In this document: piece by piece, positions 24,145 through 39,084 of the stretch
Layout: the number at the start of each line of letters is the position of its first letter
How positions within the stretch are numbered: position 1 is the first letter of the stretch
Origin: Eledone cirrhosa
Taxonomy: Eukaryota
DNA length: 64,000 bases
Assembly (NCBI GenBank): GCA_964016885.1
Contig: OZ024743.1
Span: 89,652,001-89,716,000 of the forward strand
Reading direction: 5' to 3'
The notes under the pieces: generated by a model
Seen by the model: only the letters and a program-made list of their open reading frames with translations
What the model was told of the DNA's origin: nothing
Database searches by the model: none
Translations under genes and position numbers: made by a program

Positions 24145-27100
24145 CTATCTAATCTGTTTGTCTTTCTGTCTGACTATCTGTTTGTCTTTCTGTCTGACTA
24201 TCTGTTTGTCTTTCTGTCTGACTATCTGTTTGTCTTTCTGTGTGACTATCTGTTTGTCTTTCTGTCTGACTATCTGTTTGTCTTTCTGTCTGACTATCTG
24301 TTTGTCTTTCTGTCTGACTATCTGTTTGTCTTTCTGTCTGACTATCTGTTTGTCTTTCTGTGTGACTATCTGTTTGTCTTTCTGTCAGACTATCTGTTTG
24401 TCTTTCTGTCTGACTATCTGTTTGTCTTTCTGTGTGACTATCTGTTTGTCTTTCTGTCAGACTATCTGTTTGTCTTTCTGTCTGACTATCTGTTTGTCTT
24501 TCTGTCTGACTATCTCTGCATGTCTGACTATATGTTTGTCTTTCTGTCTGACTATCTCTGTATGTCTGACTATCTGTTTGTCTTTCTGTCTGACTATCTG
24601 TTTGTCTTTCTGTCAGACTATCTGTTTGTCTTTCTGTCTGACTATCTCTGCATGTCTGACTATCTGTTTGTCTTTCTGTCTGACTATCTGTGTATGTCTG
24701 ACTATCTGTTTGTCTTTCTGTCTGACTATCTCTGTATGTCTGACTATCTGTTTGTCTTTCTGTCTGACTATCTGTGTTTGTCCGACTATCTGTGTTTGTA
24801 TGTCTGCTTATCTGTGTCTTTCTGACTATCTGTGTTTGTCTGTCTGACTATCTGTGTTTGTCTGTCTGACTATCTGCGTTTGTCTGACTATCTGTGTTTG
24901 TCTGACTATCTGTGTTTGTCTGTCTGACTATCTGCGTTTGTCTGGCTATCTGTGTTTGTCTGTCTGACTATCTGTGTATGTATGTCTGACTATCTGTGTC
25001 TGTCTGACTATATGTGTATGTCTGACTATCTGTGTATATCTGACTATCTGTGTATGTCTGACTATCTGTGTTTGTCTGACTATCTGTGTTTGTGTGTCTG
25101 ACTATCTGTGTATGTTTGACTATCTGTGTATGTCTGACTATCTGTGTATGTCTGACTATCTGTGTATGTCTGACTATCTGTGTATGTCTGACTATCTGTG
25201 TTTGTCTGACTATCTGTGCTTGTCTGACTATCTGTGTATGTCTGTCTGACTATCTGTGTATGTCTGACTATCTGTGTTTGTCTGTCTGACTATCTGTGTA
25301 TGTCTGACTATCTGTGTTTGTGTGTCTGACTATCTGTGTTTGTCTGTCTAACTATATGTGTATGTCTGACTATCTGTGTATGTCTAACTATCTGTGTATG
25401 TCTGACTATCTGTGTATGTCTGACTATCTGTGTTTGTCTGACTATCTGTGTATGTCTGACTATCTGTGTTTGTCTGACTATCTGTGTATGTCTGACTATC
25501 TGTGTTTGTCTGACTATCTGTGTTTGTCTGACTATCTGTGTATATCTGACTATCTGTGTATGTCTGACTATCTGTGTTTGTCTGTCTGTCTGTGTATGTC
25601 TGACTATCTGTGTTTGTCTGACTATCTGTGTATGTCTGACTATCTGTGTCTGTCTGACTATCTGTGTTTGTCTGACTATCTGTGTATGTCTGACTATGTG
25701 TTTGTCTGACTATCTGTGTTTGTCTGACTATCTGTGTATGTCTGACTATCTGTGTCTGTCTGTCTGTCTGTGTATGTCTGACTATCTGTGTTTGTCTGAC
25801 TATCTGTGTATGTCTGACTATCTGTGTCTGTCTGACTATCTGTGTTTGTCTGACTATCTGTGTATATCTGACTATCTGTGTATGTCTGACTATCTGTGTT
25901 TGTCTGTCTGTCTGTGTATGTCTGACTATCTGTGTTTGTCTGACTATCTGTGTATGTCTGACTATCTGTGTTTGTCTGACTATCTGTGTTTGTCTGACTA
26001 TCTGTGTATGTCTGACTATCTGTGTTTGTCTGACTATCTGTGTATGTCTGACTATCTGTGTATGTCTGACTATCTGTGTTTGTCTGACTATCTGTGTATG
26101 TCTGACTATCTGTGTTTGTCTGACTATCTGTGTTTGTCTGACTATCTGTGTTTGTCTGACTATCTGTGTATGTCTGACTATCTGTGTTTGTCTGTCTGAC
26201 TATCTGTGTATGTCTGACTATCTGTGTATGTCTGACTATCTGAGTTGGTCTGACTATCTGTGTTTGTCTGTCTGACTATCTGTGTTTGTCTGACTATCTG
26301 TGTTTGTCTGTCTTACTATCTGTGTTTGTCTGTCTGACTATCTGTGTACTGTGTATGTCTGACTATCTGTGTTTGTCTGACTATCTGTGTATGTCTGACT
26401 ATCTGTGTTTGTCTGACTATCTGTGTATGTCTGAATATCTGTGTTTGTCTGACTATCTGTGTATGTCTGAATATCTGTGTTTGTCTGACTATCTGTGTTT
26501 GTCTGACTATCTGTGTTTGTCTGTCTGACTATCTGTGTTTGTCTGTCTGACTATCTGTGTATGTCTGACTATCTGTGTTTGTCTGACTATCTGTGTTTGT
26601 CTGACTATCTGTGTTTGTCTGTTTGACTATCTGTGTTTGTCTGTCTGACTATCTGTGTATGTCTGACTATCTGTGTATGTCTGACTATCTGTGTATGTCT
26701 GTCTGACTATCTGTGTTTGTCTGACTATCTGTGTTTGTCTGACTATCTGTGTATGTCTGACTATATGTGTATGTCTCACTATCTGTGCTTGTCTGTCTGA
26801 CTATCTGTGTCTGTCTGCCTATCTGTGTCTGTCTGACTATCTGTGTTTGTCTGACTATCTGTGTATGTCTGACTATCTGTGTTTGTCTGACTATATGTGT
26901 ATGTCTGACTATCTGTGTCTCTCTGACTATCTGTGTTTGTCTGACTATCTGTGTATGTCTGACTATCTGTGTTTGTCTGACTATCTGTGTATGTCTGACT
27001 ATCTGTGTCTGTCTGTCTGTCTGTCTGTGTATGTCTGACTATCTGTGTTTGTCTGACTATCTGTGTATGTCTGACTATCTGTGTCTGTCTGACTATCTGT

Positions 27101-29645
27101 GTTTGTCTGACTATCTGTGTATATCTGACTATCTGTGTATGTCTGACTATCTGTGTTTGTCTGTCTGTCTGTGTATGTCTGACTATCTGTGTTTGTCTGA
27201 CTATCTGTGTATGTCTGACTATCTGTGTTTGTCTGACTATCTGTGTTTGTCTGACTATCTGTGTATGTCTGACTATCTGTGTATGTCTGACTATCTGTGT
27301 ATGTCTGACTATCTGTGTTTGTCTGACTATCTGTGTATGTCTGACTATCTGTGTTTGTCTGACTATCTGTGTTTGTCTGACTATCTGTGTATGTCTGACT
27401 ATCTGTGTTTGTCTGTCTGACTATCTGTGTATGTCTGACTATCTGTGTATGTCTGACTATCTGTGTTGGTCTGACTATCTGTGTTTGTCTGTCTGACTAT
27501 CTGTGTTTGTCTGACTATCTGTGTTTGTCTGTCTTACTATCTGTGTTTGTCTGACTATCTGTGTATGTCTGACTATCTGTGTTTGTCTGTCTGACTATCT
27601 GTGTATGTCTGACTATCTGTGTATGTCTGACTATCTGTGTTTGTCTGACTATCTGTGTATGTCTGACTATCTGTGTTTGTCTGACTATCTGTGTTTGTCT
27701 GACTATCTGTGTATGTCTGACTATCTGTGTTTGTCTGTCTGACTATCTGTGTATGTCTGACTATCTGTGTATGTCTGACTATCTGTGTTGGTCTGACTAT
27801 CTGTGTTTGTCTGTCTGACTATCTGTGTTTGTCTGACTATCTGTGTTTGTCTGTCTTACTATCTGTGTTTGTCTGTCTGACTATCTGTGTACTGTGTATG
27901 TCTGACTATCTGTGTTTGTCTGACTATCTGTGTATGTCTGACTATCTGTGTTGGTCTGACTATCTGTGTTTGTCTGTCTGACTATCTGTGTTTGACTGAC
28001 TATCTGTGTTTGTCTGTCTGACTATCTGTGTTTGTCTGTCTGACTATCTGTGTATGTCTTACTATCTGTGTTTGTCTGACTATCTGTGTATGTCTGAATA
28101 TCTGTGTTTGTCTGACTATCTGTGTATGTCTGAATATCTGTGTTTGTCTGACTATCTGTGTTTGTCTGACTATCTGTGTTTGTCTGTCTGACTATCTGTG
28201 TTTGTCTGTCTGACTATCTGTGTATGTCTGACTATCTGTGTTTGTCTGACTATCTGTGTTTGTCTGACTATCTGTGTTTGTCTGTTTGACTATCTGTGTT
28301 TGTCTGTGTGACTATCTGTGTATGTCTGACTATCTGTGTATGTCTGACTATCTGTGTATGTCTGTCTGACTATCTGTGTTTGTCTGACTATCTGTGTTTG
28401 TCTGACTATCTGTGTATGTCTGACTATATGTGTATGTCTCACTATCTGTGCTTGTCTGTCTGACTATCTGTGTCTGTCTGCCTATCTGTGTCTGTCTGAC
28501 TATCTGTGTTTGTCTGACTATCTGTGTTTGTCTGTCTGACTATCTGTGTTTGTCTGTCTGACTATCTGTGTATGTCTGACTATCTGTGTTTGTCTGACTA
28601 TCTGTGTTTGTCTGACTATCTGTGTTTGTCTGTTTGACTATCTGTGTTTGTCTGTGTGACTATCTGTGTATGTCTGACTATCTGTGTATGTCTGACTATC
28701 TGTGTATGTCTGTCTGACTATCTGTGTTTGTCTGACTATCTGTGTTTGTCTGACTATCTGTGTATGTCTGACTATATGTGTATGTCTCACTATCTGTGCT
28801 TGTCTGTCTGACTATCTGTGTCTGTCTGCCTATCTGTGTCTGTCTGACTATCTGTGTTTGTCTGACTATCTGTGTTTGTCTGACTATCTGTGTTTGTCTG
28901 ACTATCTGTGTTTGTCTGACTATCTGTTTGTCTGACTATCTGTGTATGTCTGACTATCGGTGTATGTCTGATTAATTGTGTCTGTCTGACTATCTGTGTT
29001 TGTCTGACTATCTGTGTATGTCTGACTATCTGTGTATGTCTGACTATCTGTGTTTGTCTGACTATGTGTCTTTGTCTGACTATCTGTGTATGTCTGACTA
29101 TCTGTGTTTGTCTGTCTGACTATCTGTGTATGTCTGACTATCTGTGTATGTCTGACTATCTGTGTTTGTCTGACTATCTGTGTATGTCTGACTATCTGTG
29201 TTTGTCTGAGTCTCTGTGTTTGTCTGACTATCTGTGTTTGTGTGTCTGACTATCTGTGTATGTCTGACTATCTGTGTATGTCTGTCTGACTATCTGTGTT
29301 TGTCTGACTATCTGTTTGTCTGACTATCTGTGTATGTCTGACTATCGGTGTATGTCTGATTAATTGTGTCTGTCTGACTATCTGTGTTTGTCTGACTATC
29401 TGTGTTTGTCTGACTATATGTGTATGTCTGACTATCTGTGTATGTATGACTATCTGTGTTTGTCTGACTATCTGTGTATGTCTGACTATCTGTGCTTGTA
29501 TGTCTGACTATCTGTGTATGGTCTGACTATCTGTGTATGTCTGACTCTCTGTGTTTGTCTGACTATCTGTGTTTGTCTGACTATCTGTGTTTGTGTGTCT
29601 GACTATCTGTGTATGTCTGACTATCTGTGTATGTCTGACTATCTA
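24145..29645. repeat. 5.5 kb satellite (24-bp unit grading into an 18-bp unit)
   Basis: TCTGACTATCTGTTTGTCTTTCTG to about 24770, then TCTGACTATCTGTGT(A/T)TG with 22-bp variants. Confidence 0.97.
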
Positions 29646-29787
29646 CCTATCTATCTGTTTATCTATATCTATCTGATTATCTCTCTGTCTATCTATCTAT
29701 CCGTATGTTTATCTGTCTGCCTATCTATCTTTCTATACCACAATCAATTTATATATTCTTTCTATCGATTCCAATCATTAGACTGCA

Positions 29788-29841
29788 GCCATGTTGGGGG
29801 AGCCACCGTGTTGGGGGAGCCACCATGTTGGGGGAGCCACC
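29788..29841 (+). repeat. 17-bp tandem repeat, about 3 copies
   Basis: GCCACCATGTTGGGGGA units. Confidence 0.85.
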
Positions 29842-31326
29842 ATGTTGGGGGAGCCACCATGATGTAATCTATCATATCGACTCCAGAACCTAGATATTTT
29901 ATGGGCGGTGGATTGGCAGAGTTGTTAGAACGTCATATAGAATGCCTTGCTCTATTCATTCCGACTCTCTGCTCTCCAAGTTCAAATCCCGCTGAGGCCA
30001 ATTTTATCTTTCATCCATTAAAGGTGGATAAAATATTACCAGTCTAATACTGGGGCCGATTCTTCATCTATATCTCTCTCTTACTTCCACTCTCGAAGAA
30101 ATATGTTGTATTCAGACTTGGAGGAAGATGGGCTCCACTGTTTTTTTTAAAAATATCTTAGAAACGCCGTGTATAATTATGGCACCCCTACGATACCCTC
30201 AAGAGTTACGGGATCATACATACTTATTTTATAGATTACCTTTTTATCGAACGGATAAGTAATGTAAACACAGCGCAAAACCATACACATACATATATAC
30301 AAATTTTAGCACAGCATCAACGAAGCTTTTGGTAGCAGCCAAGCTAACGAATGCAGTTTCGGTGTGCAGCTAAGCACTCAATAGGGAATATTACCCTAGA
30401 GTTATAACATTACGTTTAGACAGCTTTGCAAATCAAATACAGCGACCGATAGACGGGCCGCAGTGACCATAGTGTCGAATAAAACCGAACTCAGGAAAAA
30501 ATTTATTTACGATGTCCTTCTACCAAATTCTACTCATAAGACATTTATTTAAGTTTTGTTTCTCCCATTTAAACAGCCAAGAGTGCGTGTTCTCGCCTCA
30601 AAAATAGAGGGGAGGGGGATAACGTTGATTTAAAAAAAACAACAGAATTAGTCGTTTAGTTTACATATTGAGACCCCAAATTATAATTTTTATTTTGTAA
30701 CATATGGGATTTATTGTAATGTACTTTTTGTCATGAATAATGGGTTTTAATGTCTAAAGAAAATTAATTGTCGCAGGAATTCTACCACTGAAATTAAAAT
30801 TTCGCCGGAGAAATTTACTAAACGTTGGTGTAGGGGTAATTATTCGAGACCCGAGAGTACACACACAGAGCAGCATATTGGTTGTGGTGATGGAATTTTA
30901 GGAACTGGGATGGTAAGTTCAATCCAGGTGGGTAGAGAATGTGGGACTCGACAATAAAGTGTTGTTCGCGACTATATAAGTATATATATATCCCTCAAAT
31001 CATGTTGCAGTTTGCTTGAAGCATTGTATATGACAAGGCTGCTCTTTGAATTGTAAGTACATCTCAATTTTGCTAGCTGAGTGAACTTGAGAAATGCGAA
31101 ATAAAGCGCCTTACTTAATATTAGACACTCACACTTTCACACACACATATAATATACATACACTCACCCATATAATTATATACATGCATACATACATACA
31201 TACATACATACATACAGACAGACAGACAAACAGACATATCACTAGAAAAGGTGATGGTCAGCGCCAAGCATTTCTAAGCCCCATTGAAATTCTATGACGG
31301 TCACAGTCAAACGTCTAGTGTGGCAC

Positions 31327-31389
<63 letters not shown>

Positions 31390-32024
31390 TATATACTTAT
31401 ATACTTCGTTTTTGTATTACTTGGCAGCATGACCCTCCCAAAGAACAACAGTATATGTATGTACTTCTGTATGTTTGTCTGTGTCTTTGTATACATGACC
31501 ATACAACACACAATATAAAACGTTTGTGATCCGGTGATCTGTTACACGGGAAAAGACGTTTGTAGCTGTAGAATGATGTTTGTATAAGAGATAGGGTTTC
31601 ATTTTCAGACGCTGTCTAAATGTCTGTTTAAATAAAGCAAAACCTAGAACGATAGCACATACAAACCCTTGTGTCTTGACTACATGTATACATACAATTG
31701 GGGAGGTTGAAATTTATACAGACCCTCATACACATTCATAAACATATGCAGATGCACGTTTACACTGACACAAACTATCATAACCACTCAATTTAACACA
31801 CCACCCTCACTCACACACATATATTACTAATACACTTATATACCTAGACATATTCATGTTCCATACTTCCATACACATATATACACATAACAGGCACAAA
31901 GTTATACAACATACGAATGTTGAAATGGGAAAAACAATTTGTCATTGGCATTACAAAACGCGCACACACAAACACATGAGCACACACACACTATTGCATG
32001 CGAACATATAGACCTAGTCTTGCG

Positions 32025-32537
32025 TAGTGGTAGATTGGCAGTAATCGGTAGAGCGTCGGGCAACATGCTATACGCCCCTTTACGATCTGAGTTCAAATCC
32101 CGCCGATGTTAGCTTTGCCCTTTATCCTTACGGGATCGATAAAATAATGTACCAGTAATGCACTGGGGTCCATTTAATCAACTTTCCCCTCCCCTAAATA
32201 GCTGGCCTTGTGCCTAAATCAGAAACCATTATTGAAGTACTACACATTTCTATACCAGATCAGCAAGATTGAGATCGATATAGAGAAAAAAATACCAATT
32301 TCTGTCCATAGAGATATTAATATCTTACAGCTATTTTATATTGTAAATAATTGTTTCTACTTTAGGCACAAGGCCAGCAATTACCCAGTGCATTACTGGT
32401 ACTTTATTTTATCGACCCCGTAAGGATGACAGGCAAAGTCAACCTCGGCGGGATTTGAACTCAGATCGTAAAGGGACGTAACTATGCTGGAAAGCATGGC
32501 GTCCGACCCTCTACCAATACTGCCAATCCACCGCCCA
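32025..32537. mobile_element. Convergent pair of SINE family 1 copies
   Basis: Plus copy 32025-32232; minus copy 32349-32537 with TSD ATATTGTAAATAAT. Confidence 0.85.
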
Positions 32538-33217
32538 TTTCATATTGTAAATAATATTCATATTGTAAAGAAACCACGACATAGCTACACAGGCTCATTT
32601 AATTTCAAATAGTAAAACTGTAAATAGGTAAACTATGCATTATATTTCATTACAATTATCAGAAAACACGCTGTTATTGCATCATTAAGTAACGATTCAC
32701 GCCAGCGTATGAACTGTTATATAAATTAGACAGATCTGTTCATGTGTGTCTAAGTTTCGATACCATATCAAGAACCATAAACTCAATGGAGAGAAGAGGC
32801 TTATTCTTTCTCTGAACACAATCCAAAAATAATCAAAGCTACACATACAAAAATCCCATATTTTCTACACACAGAGAGGTGAAAAATTGTAATGTAACCA
32901 TCATAGCGCGGCTAAAAATTGTTTGTTTATCAAGAAGTTAAATATCAAATTGCTCAAAATCGCCGTTGTCAACACAATAATTCTTATGCCAATTACAAGT
33001 ATTATCTTAACTATGTACAACTTTGTTTACACTATAAGTTACTAACCCCTCCTTGAACAGAAGACAGGCATTCATTCACTGACGAGGATGTAAAGTAGTT
33101 AGAAACTAGTCAAAATATCCCCACATTTATGTCTACAGACAGATAAAATCTTAAGGTGTAACTACTTGGTTTACTTTTCACAATGAGGTTTAAAATGTTA
33201 TGTTCATAAAAATAATA

Positions 33218-33598
33218 ATTGTTTCTACTTTTGGCACAAGGCCAGCAATTATCCCAGTCCATTACTGGTACTTTATTTTATCGACCCCGTAAGGATGAAA
33301 GGCAAAGTTAACCTCGGCGGGATTTGAACTCAGAACATAAAGGGAGGTAACTCTATGCTTCAAAGCATGGCGTCCGACCCTCTACCGATACTGCCAATCA
33401 ATGATATCTGATTTAGGCAGAATGCCAGCAATTTTTTTTTGGGGGGGGGGGGGCATTAAACTGGCTCCCAGTGCGTGACTGGTACTTTATTTTACCGACC
33501 CCGTAAAGATGAAAGGCAAAGCTAACCTCAGCGAGATTTGAATCCAGACCGTAAATGGCCGTAACTCTATGTTGCAAAGCATGGTGTCTGACGCTCAT
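33218..33598 (-). mobile_element. Two tandem SINE family 1 copies
   Basis: Consensus core on the minus strand at about 33260-33330 and 33475-33545. Confidence 0.85.
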
Positions 33599-34369
33599 CA
33601 AAATAATAATGATAATAATAACAATGAATACCGCACTCGACTAGGGAACTAGAGGTCACACGTTCGACTCCTGTCAACCTCGACATGCTTCAGTTTTGAA
33701 GTAGATTTTTTCAAAGGCAGTGCCCCAGCATGGCCTCAGCCGGATGGCTGGAACAAGTAAACGAATAAAAGAATAAATGTTACCCTAGAAGTATTTAATT
33801 GGTCCTGATATATTTGGGCTAAAATTCCACCTCCAAAAATGTTAAGAGGGTCCAAGAAAGAGAATTATAGTACGTCCATACTTCAAACATATTTGTTTCA
33901 TTTGGTTTCCTATTTGGCATAATTATACGTGAAATAAATGTTACTCGTTTATTATTAAATTGAAAACTTATTCTATTTACAACTTCAGTCACTGACCTAC
34001 TCAGAAAGTGGAAAAGGAAATTCATTAAAGTAACAAAAATGATCACAGAATATAGTAACGGAATCGGGTAAAAGACTAATCTTTTTTTGTTTTCCATCTG
34101 AAGGTTTAGAACATATTTATCACACAATATTTTTAAAAGTTTCAATAGTTACAACATTGTTCTGTTATTGCGATAAAACAGTTTGGCGACATGTTTGATT
34201 AACGCAAGATTATGTAAGCAAATTTTATATTCCGATAAAACAGTTTAGTCCCAAACACTGAAGCTTGTAAACAACTTTTGCTGAGAAATATGCAATATTA
34301 TATAAGCAAATACATTTTTGACAAGTTTGACATATGGAAACTAAGGACATCCAAACTTCAACATGACAG

Positions 34370-34480
34370 CAATTATACTCAGGAGAATGGAACAGATTTT
34401 TGTTTTTCTTCATATAGTACATTGTCAGATGTGTTCGGTAATTTTCGTCGGAATGAAAATAGAGTGCAGTTGACTTACAC
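34370..34480 (-). pseudogene. Possible piggyBac transposase relic
   Basis: THLTMYYMKKNKN followed by a frameshifted SILLS resembles the piggyBac TLTxYxxKKNKxVxLLS motif. Confidence 0.35.
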
Positions 34481-34865
34481 AACCAGGAAAACAGTTTCCG
34501 TCACGGAAACTACGAAGACAATAACAACATTCTGTGAATAAGGAAACTAAAACAAAAACTATCAATAGGTACTTGTACTGAATAAAATTGGGAAGAAGAA
34601 CAAAGGAAGTGGTAGAGCGGAATAGGAAGAGGAAATTAGAGGAAGGTAATTGTGCTTCTTTAGAGCTGAGCAGAGAAAGATAGCGTAAAAATGACAGTCG
34701 TAGTTGTGTTGCACTAGAATAGCAAATATGTAAGGAATAAGTATTTAAACAAACGAAGAAGAAAAAGAAGAAATATTTCAATTTCCGTCAAATGAAAGCA
34801 TAATGGAGGAATAAGGATTAAAGATAAAACCTGCCAAAGAGAAGATGAACTTTCCAATGAAAAAC

Positions 34866-34927
<62 letters not shown>

Positions 34928-34934
<7 letters not shown>

Positions 34935-35080
34935 CGAGTAGGACCCCGACGGCTGAGCTCAAGCCGTTTCAACGGCTAATTCTGGACTACTCGTTCATAT
35001 TACCCACTCTACTACCCTAAGTATTGAGTACTTTGGTGCGTTATGGTCCATCTGGTTCCTTACCACATTTCCTTCGTTAT
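34928..35080 (+). mobile_element. HHR family B terminal fragment with inverted 5' segment
   Basis: IR ATATGAACGAGTAG/CTACTCGTTCATAT; minus strand GAAACGGCU-UGAGCUC-AGCCGUC|GGGGUCC; (TA)n on both sides. Confidence 0.7.
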
Positions 35081-35769
35081 ATATATATATATATATACGC
35101 CATCCATATGCCTATGTAAACACTCATACTACATACGGCACTGTTAAGAGGTGCATATCAATAGACATCTATTAAAGGGCCTTTATAAATATTACAGTTG
35201 ACAGTCAGTTGATAAAACAGGAACGCTTGTAGTTTATACCCCTCTACAGGCACGCTGTTTTATATCCTTTATATCTTTACATTATGTTAATAACTACAGC
35301 ACTGAACACACAAGAAACTCTATAATACTGTCAAGTTGCAGACGATAATATCGTGTTTGTTAAAAGCAGACTGGTCTGGTCTTAAAACCTATCAGGTCGG
35401 TCAATCGTTAATTTTTTCTTTTATCCAACCCCAGTTCACATCTGGAGTTTGTGAGTTTCTATAGGGTAACTTAAGCCAGCCACTTCTCATATATATTTTG
35501 TAGAAAGAAAGACCGTCGTTGTTCTTAATATATCAATACATTAGTTTCTAGTCGTCACTCCGTGAAAGAACAGCTGTATTTTCTATCCATGCTATGCATC
35601 GGCTCATCAAATCCTAGTGAAGTCGTAGAGGCGCCGTTATCACATACGACGTGTCTTGGTCATTTTAAAATTGACGCGGCTGATATCTTTTCAGGTCGGA
35701 ACACATCTGCTTTCTTACACACACACACAAACACACAGACACACACACACACACACACACATATATACA

Positions 35770-35837
<68 letters not shown>

Positions 35838-36006
35838 AGAGAGAGAGAGAGAGAAATTAAATTGGTACATCATTTATGACCCCGAAAATATGTAAGGCAA
35901 AGTTGATTGAACTCAGACCGCAGAGTGACGTAACAAATACCACAAAGCATTCTACCCGATGTTCTTACGATGTCACTTCCCTGCTTAGCTGGATGTTACT
36001 CTAGAC

Positions 36007-36385
36007 CAGGGTTTCCCAACCTGGACGATATCGCCCACCGGTGGGCGATTTCAACTATCGGGTGGGCGATGAACGAATTTTTAGGAAATGGTGGGCGATC
36101 TAAAATTTTGGTGGGCGACAAAGGATTTTCGGTAATTAAGTATGTTATTGATCATATAATGGCCGGTATGCTGTAATCACAGAGCTCGGATTCGCTCTTC
36201 CCTAGTCTAGACTAAGGAAGCGGTATCCAGCTGTATGACTGTAATTCATCTGTTTTCATTTTTTAAGCAACCGTTCTGAATAATGCTTTATTTATTGCGT
36301 CCTTTAAATTACTGCACAGGTGGGCGATGGGAATTTTTGTGTGTGGAAAAGTGGGTGATAACGACAAAAAGGTTGGGAACCCCTG
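36007..36385. mobile_element. hAT (Charlie-type) MITE
   Basis: TIR CAGGGTTTCCCAACCT/AGGTTGGGAACCCCTG, perfect 8-bp TSD CTCTAGAC, subterminal GTGGGCGA repeats. Confidence 0.92.
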
Positions 36386-38091
36386 CTCTAGACAAACGTC
36401 TATAAAGGAAATAATGCGACGATGAGTCATATTAGAGTGACCTGCCCTTAGATTACGTTTCTTCAGTCAAGAATGGTTCGTATCGAGAGCAATTCTGTCT
36501 TCCAGCCTGCTCTAAGTACAAATCTCAGTGGGGAACACGTTTATATTTCTATAAAATAAGTACCAGAGCTATACTGTTGTCAATGAAATTAACAACTTAA
36601 CTACCTCCTCAAATTTGTCACCTTGTGTGAATATTAGTTAAGTGGACTACATAACATAGGACATGTAGCCCCTACCGCTCTTCTAGGAGTTACGAGTTCA
36701 TACAAATTATATATGGATCGACCAGCTTACCAGGTACATCACTGGTCACAACGCTTCCATTCCTTCATCCATTATAAAACGTACTTACTCATATCCTCTT
36801 TTTTATATCTAAATTCATTTGTCCAGGCTCAATATGCATTGTAACCTCAATGCTTATAACATGTATTGTGTTATATGTGCGAGCCTTTGTTGTTGTTATG
36901 AGGTAAAGTTTCTAGAATCCTAACTCACAATTTCACGATATCGAGCATTAAAACCAATGAAGTAGGGACGCAGCTTGACATTTTATAAGAAAATGTGGAT
37001 GCCGAAAAATCGTTAGAAAATGCGTCGCCCATTCTCCTATATGAAACTCCAGTCGGTTTAATAATCGGTATGGTGAAACTCTGAGATACGTTTCAAGAAG
37101 CTCCAGGTTCTTATAAAATATACACATTGTATATTGTATGCTTTATGTATTGAGTACTTTTTCCTCGTTTGGAAACACACGTGTTCACTATTCCATACAT
37201 ATTGTGTGTGTGTTTATATATGTGTGTGCAGTCGTGTGTGTATTCACATATACTAAAACCCACACCAAGCTTCAATCATTATATTACACTGAATCCTTCT
37301 TGTAGTCCACCCCCTCCACACCTTTGTTCCTGTCTCAGTTTTTCTCTCACGTTTGATGATATGATTTACCAAAAACAAGAAATTGTATTGTTTTGTTGTT
37401 TTTTTTTTTTTTTAGTTTTTTTTTTACTTCTTATCTTGACTTCCAGTGACATTTTCACATCAGTTGATATCATACTCCAAACAGAATTCTGGTTCATTGC
37501 CAGGGTGCTAAATTAGAAACTTAAGGAAAGGCATTAATTGATAGAAGTACAAACACAGTTGTGAAGCTCCTTAACCCTTTAAATATGGCGTCTAAATATA
37601 ATATCAGCATATTTCATTCGCCTGAGAGATAAATATGTTGCACAAACATTTTCTTATTTTTATGAAATGTATGTCAAATTTGCCGCAATTTACTGTTTTG
37701 GTTATAAATATTTTTATGTTTTGTGAAACCGTGAGAAATATGAGTCTAGACTTGGGGAAAACCAGGACAATGTAACACGTATGATAAGGTAAAACAGTTA
37801 ATTTTTTAAACATATATTTCATGATATTTCGGGGTTATAACCCTTTTACAAATGGAGTGTGATGATGATGGAAAGCTGATCTCCTCTGTTCAGATATTAA
37901 GTCGGAGGGGTAGAGACATGTGCACATTGGTATAATCACAATAGTCAATTAGCTACCTGCAAATTATGCTTGCTGTTAATGAGAGGTCTTACACTATTGA
38001 TGAGTATAGCCTCTTTGAATTGTACGTTCCCGATGTTACGTTCTGTGGCATCTATATTAATTTTGATATCTTGGATATGACATTTTTGTAG

Positions 38092-38252
38092 GTACATTTT
38101 AACAGAAAGAAGCACTTATGTGGATGTGTTTTTGATGTATGTCAAAAGGGAAAAGAAACCCTCGCTTCGTGATATCAAGTTATCCTCAGTCCGAAGATCT
38201 GGCTGGAATGCTTACAACAGAGTGTGTTCAGTTATGTGTACTCATGGACAAG
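38092..38252 (+). other. Candidate host exon (161 nt), product unknown
   Basis: TTTTTGTAG acceptor, AAG|GTAAGA donor, open frame YILTERSTYVDVFLMYVKREKKPSLRDIKLSSVRRSGWNAYNRVCSVMCTHGQ. Confidence 0.3.
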
Positions 38253-39084
38253 GTAAGAAATTATATTTACCACCCATAATGAATTAGTATTTAGATTTAG
38301 CCCAATGTTGTTCCATATTCTCCTCCTTTACACTTTGATAGATTTTTTTATCAACAGGTTTTACACAGAAGAGCCTTTATATCCAAATAAAAGATCCTTA
38401 AATATGAAACCCTCTACTGACTGTATTATAATATGAATTATATTATTAATGTCTATAAGGGTACTTTCAGACAGCTGATACCTCTCATCAATAACATATT
38501 AATAATATTCCAATAAAAATACAAACTCTTCCCCATCAGTGTCAGATTGACAACGAAAAGATTTATAAAGTGAAGAGAAAAAGACAAATAATCGTAATGA
38601 AATATAAGATAAATAAATAAATATATTGAATTTAATTATCAGCTTCACCGTATTGATTTTACTACAGAAAATAGTCTAATAATTGTTTCTACTATTGGCA
38701 CAAGGCCAGCAATTACCCAGTACATTACTGGTACTTTATTTTATCGACTCCGTAAGGATGAAAGGCAAAGTTAACCCCGTAAGGATGAAAGGCAAAGTTA
38801 ACACCAGGGTGTATAAGACCCCATCAGCATGCGTGGCAATCGAACCCACACCTCTTATTTTCGAGATAAGTGAGCTAGCCGATTATTTGCGAAATCTGTG
38901 TTTATATTTCGTTAGACAACTGCAGAGGGAAAAAAACTTCTAGTTGGATGACATTCTGAGTAGAAAGGACTGGGCGTCTTGTTTCGTTGCATTGTTGGAG
39001 ATATAAACACGATATTGATGTCGTGAGGAGGCGAAGGAGGTCGAGGAGGAGAGGAAGGAGGAGGAAGAGGATAGATGAATGATT

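Noticed and set aside
24124-29893. Long Cys/Leu-rich ORFs (SDYLC/CLTICV repeats)
   Set aside because: Translations of an 18/24-bp satellite; open in several frames with constant frame switching
33080-33112. HHR-like CTGACGA..GAAACTAGTC (also CTGAAGA..GAACC at 44675)
   Set aside because: Stems I/II do not pair convincingly or the core is mutated; possible relics only
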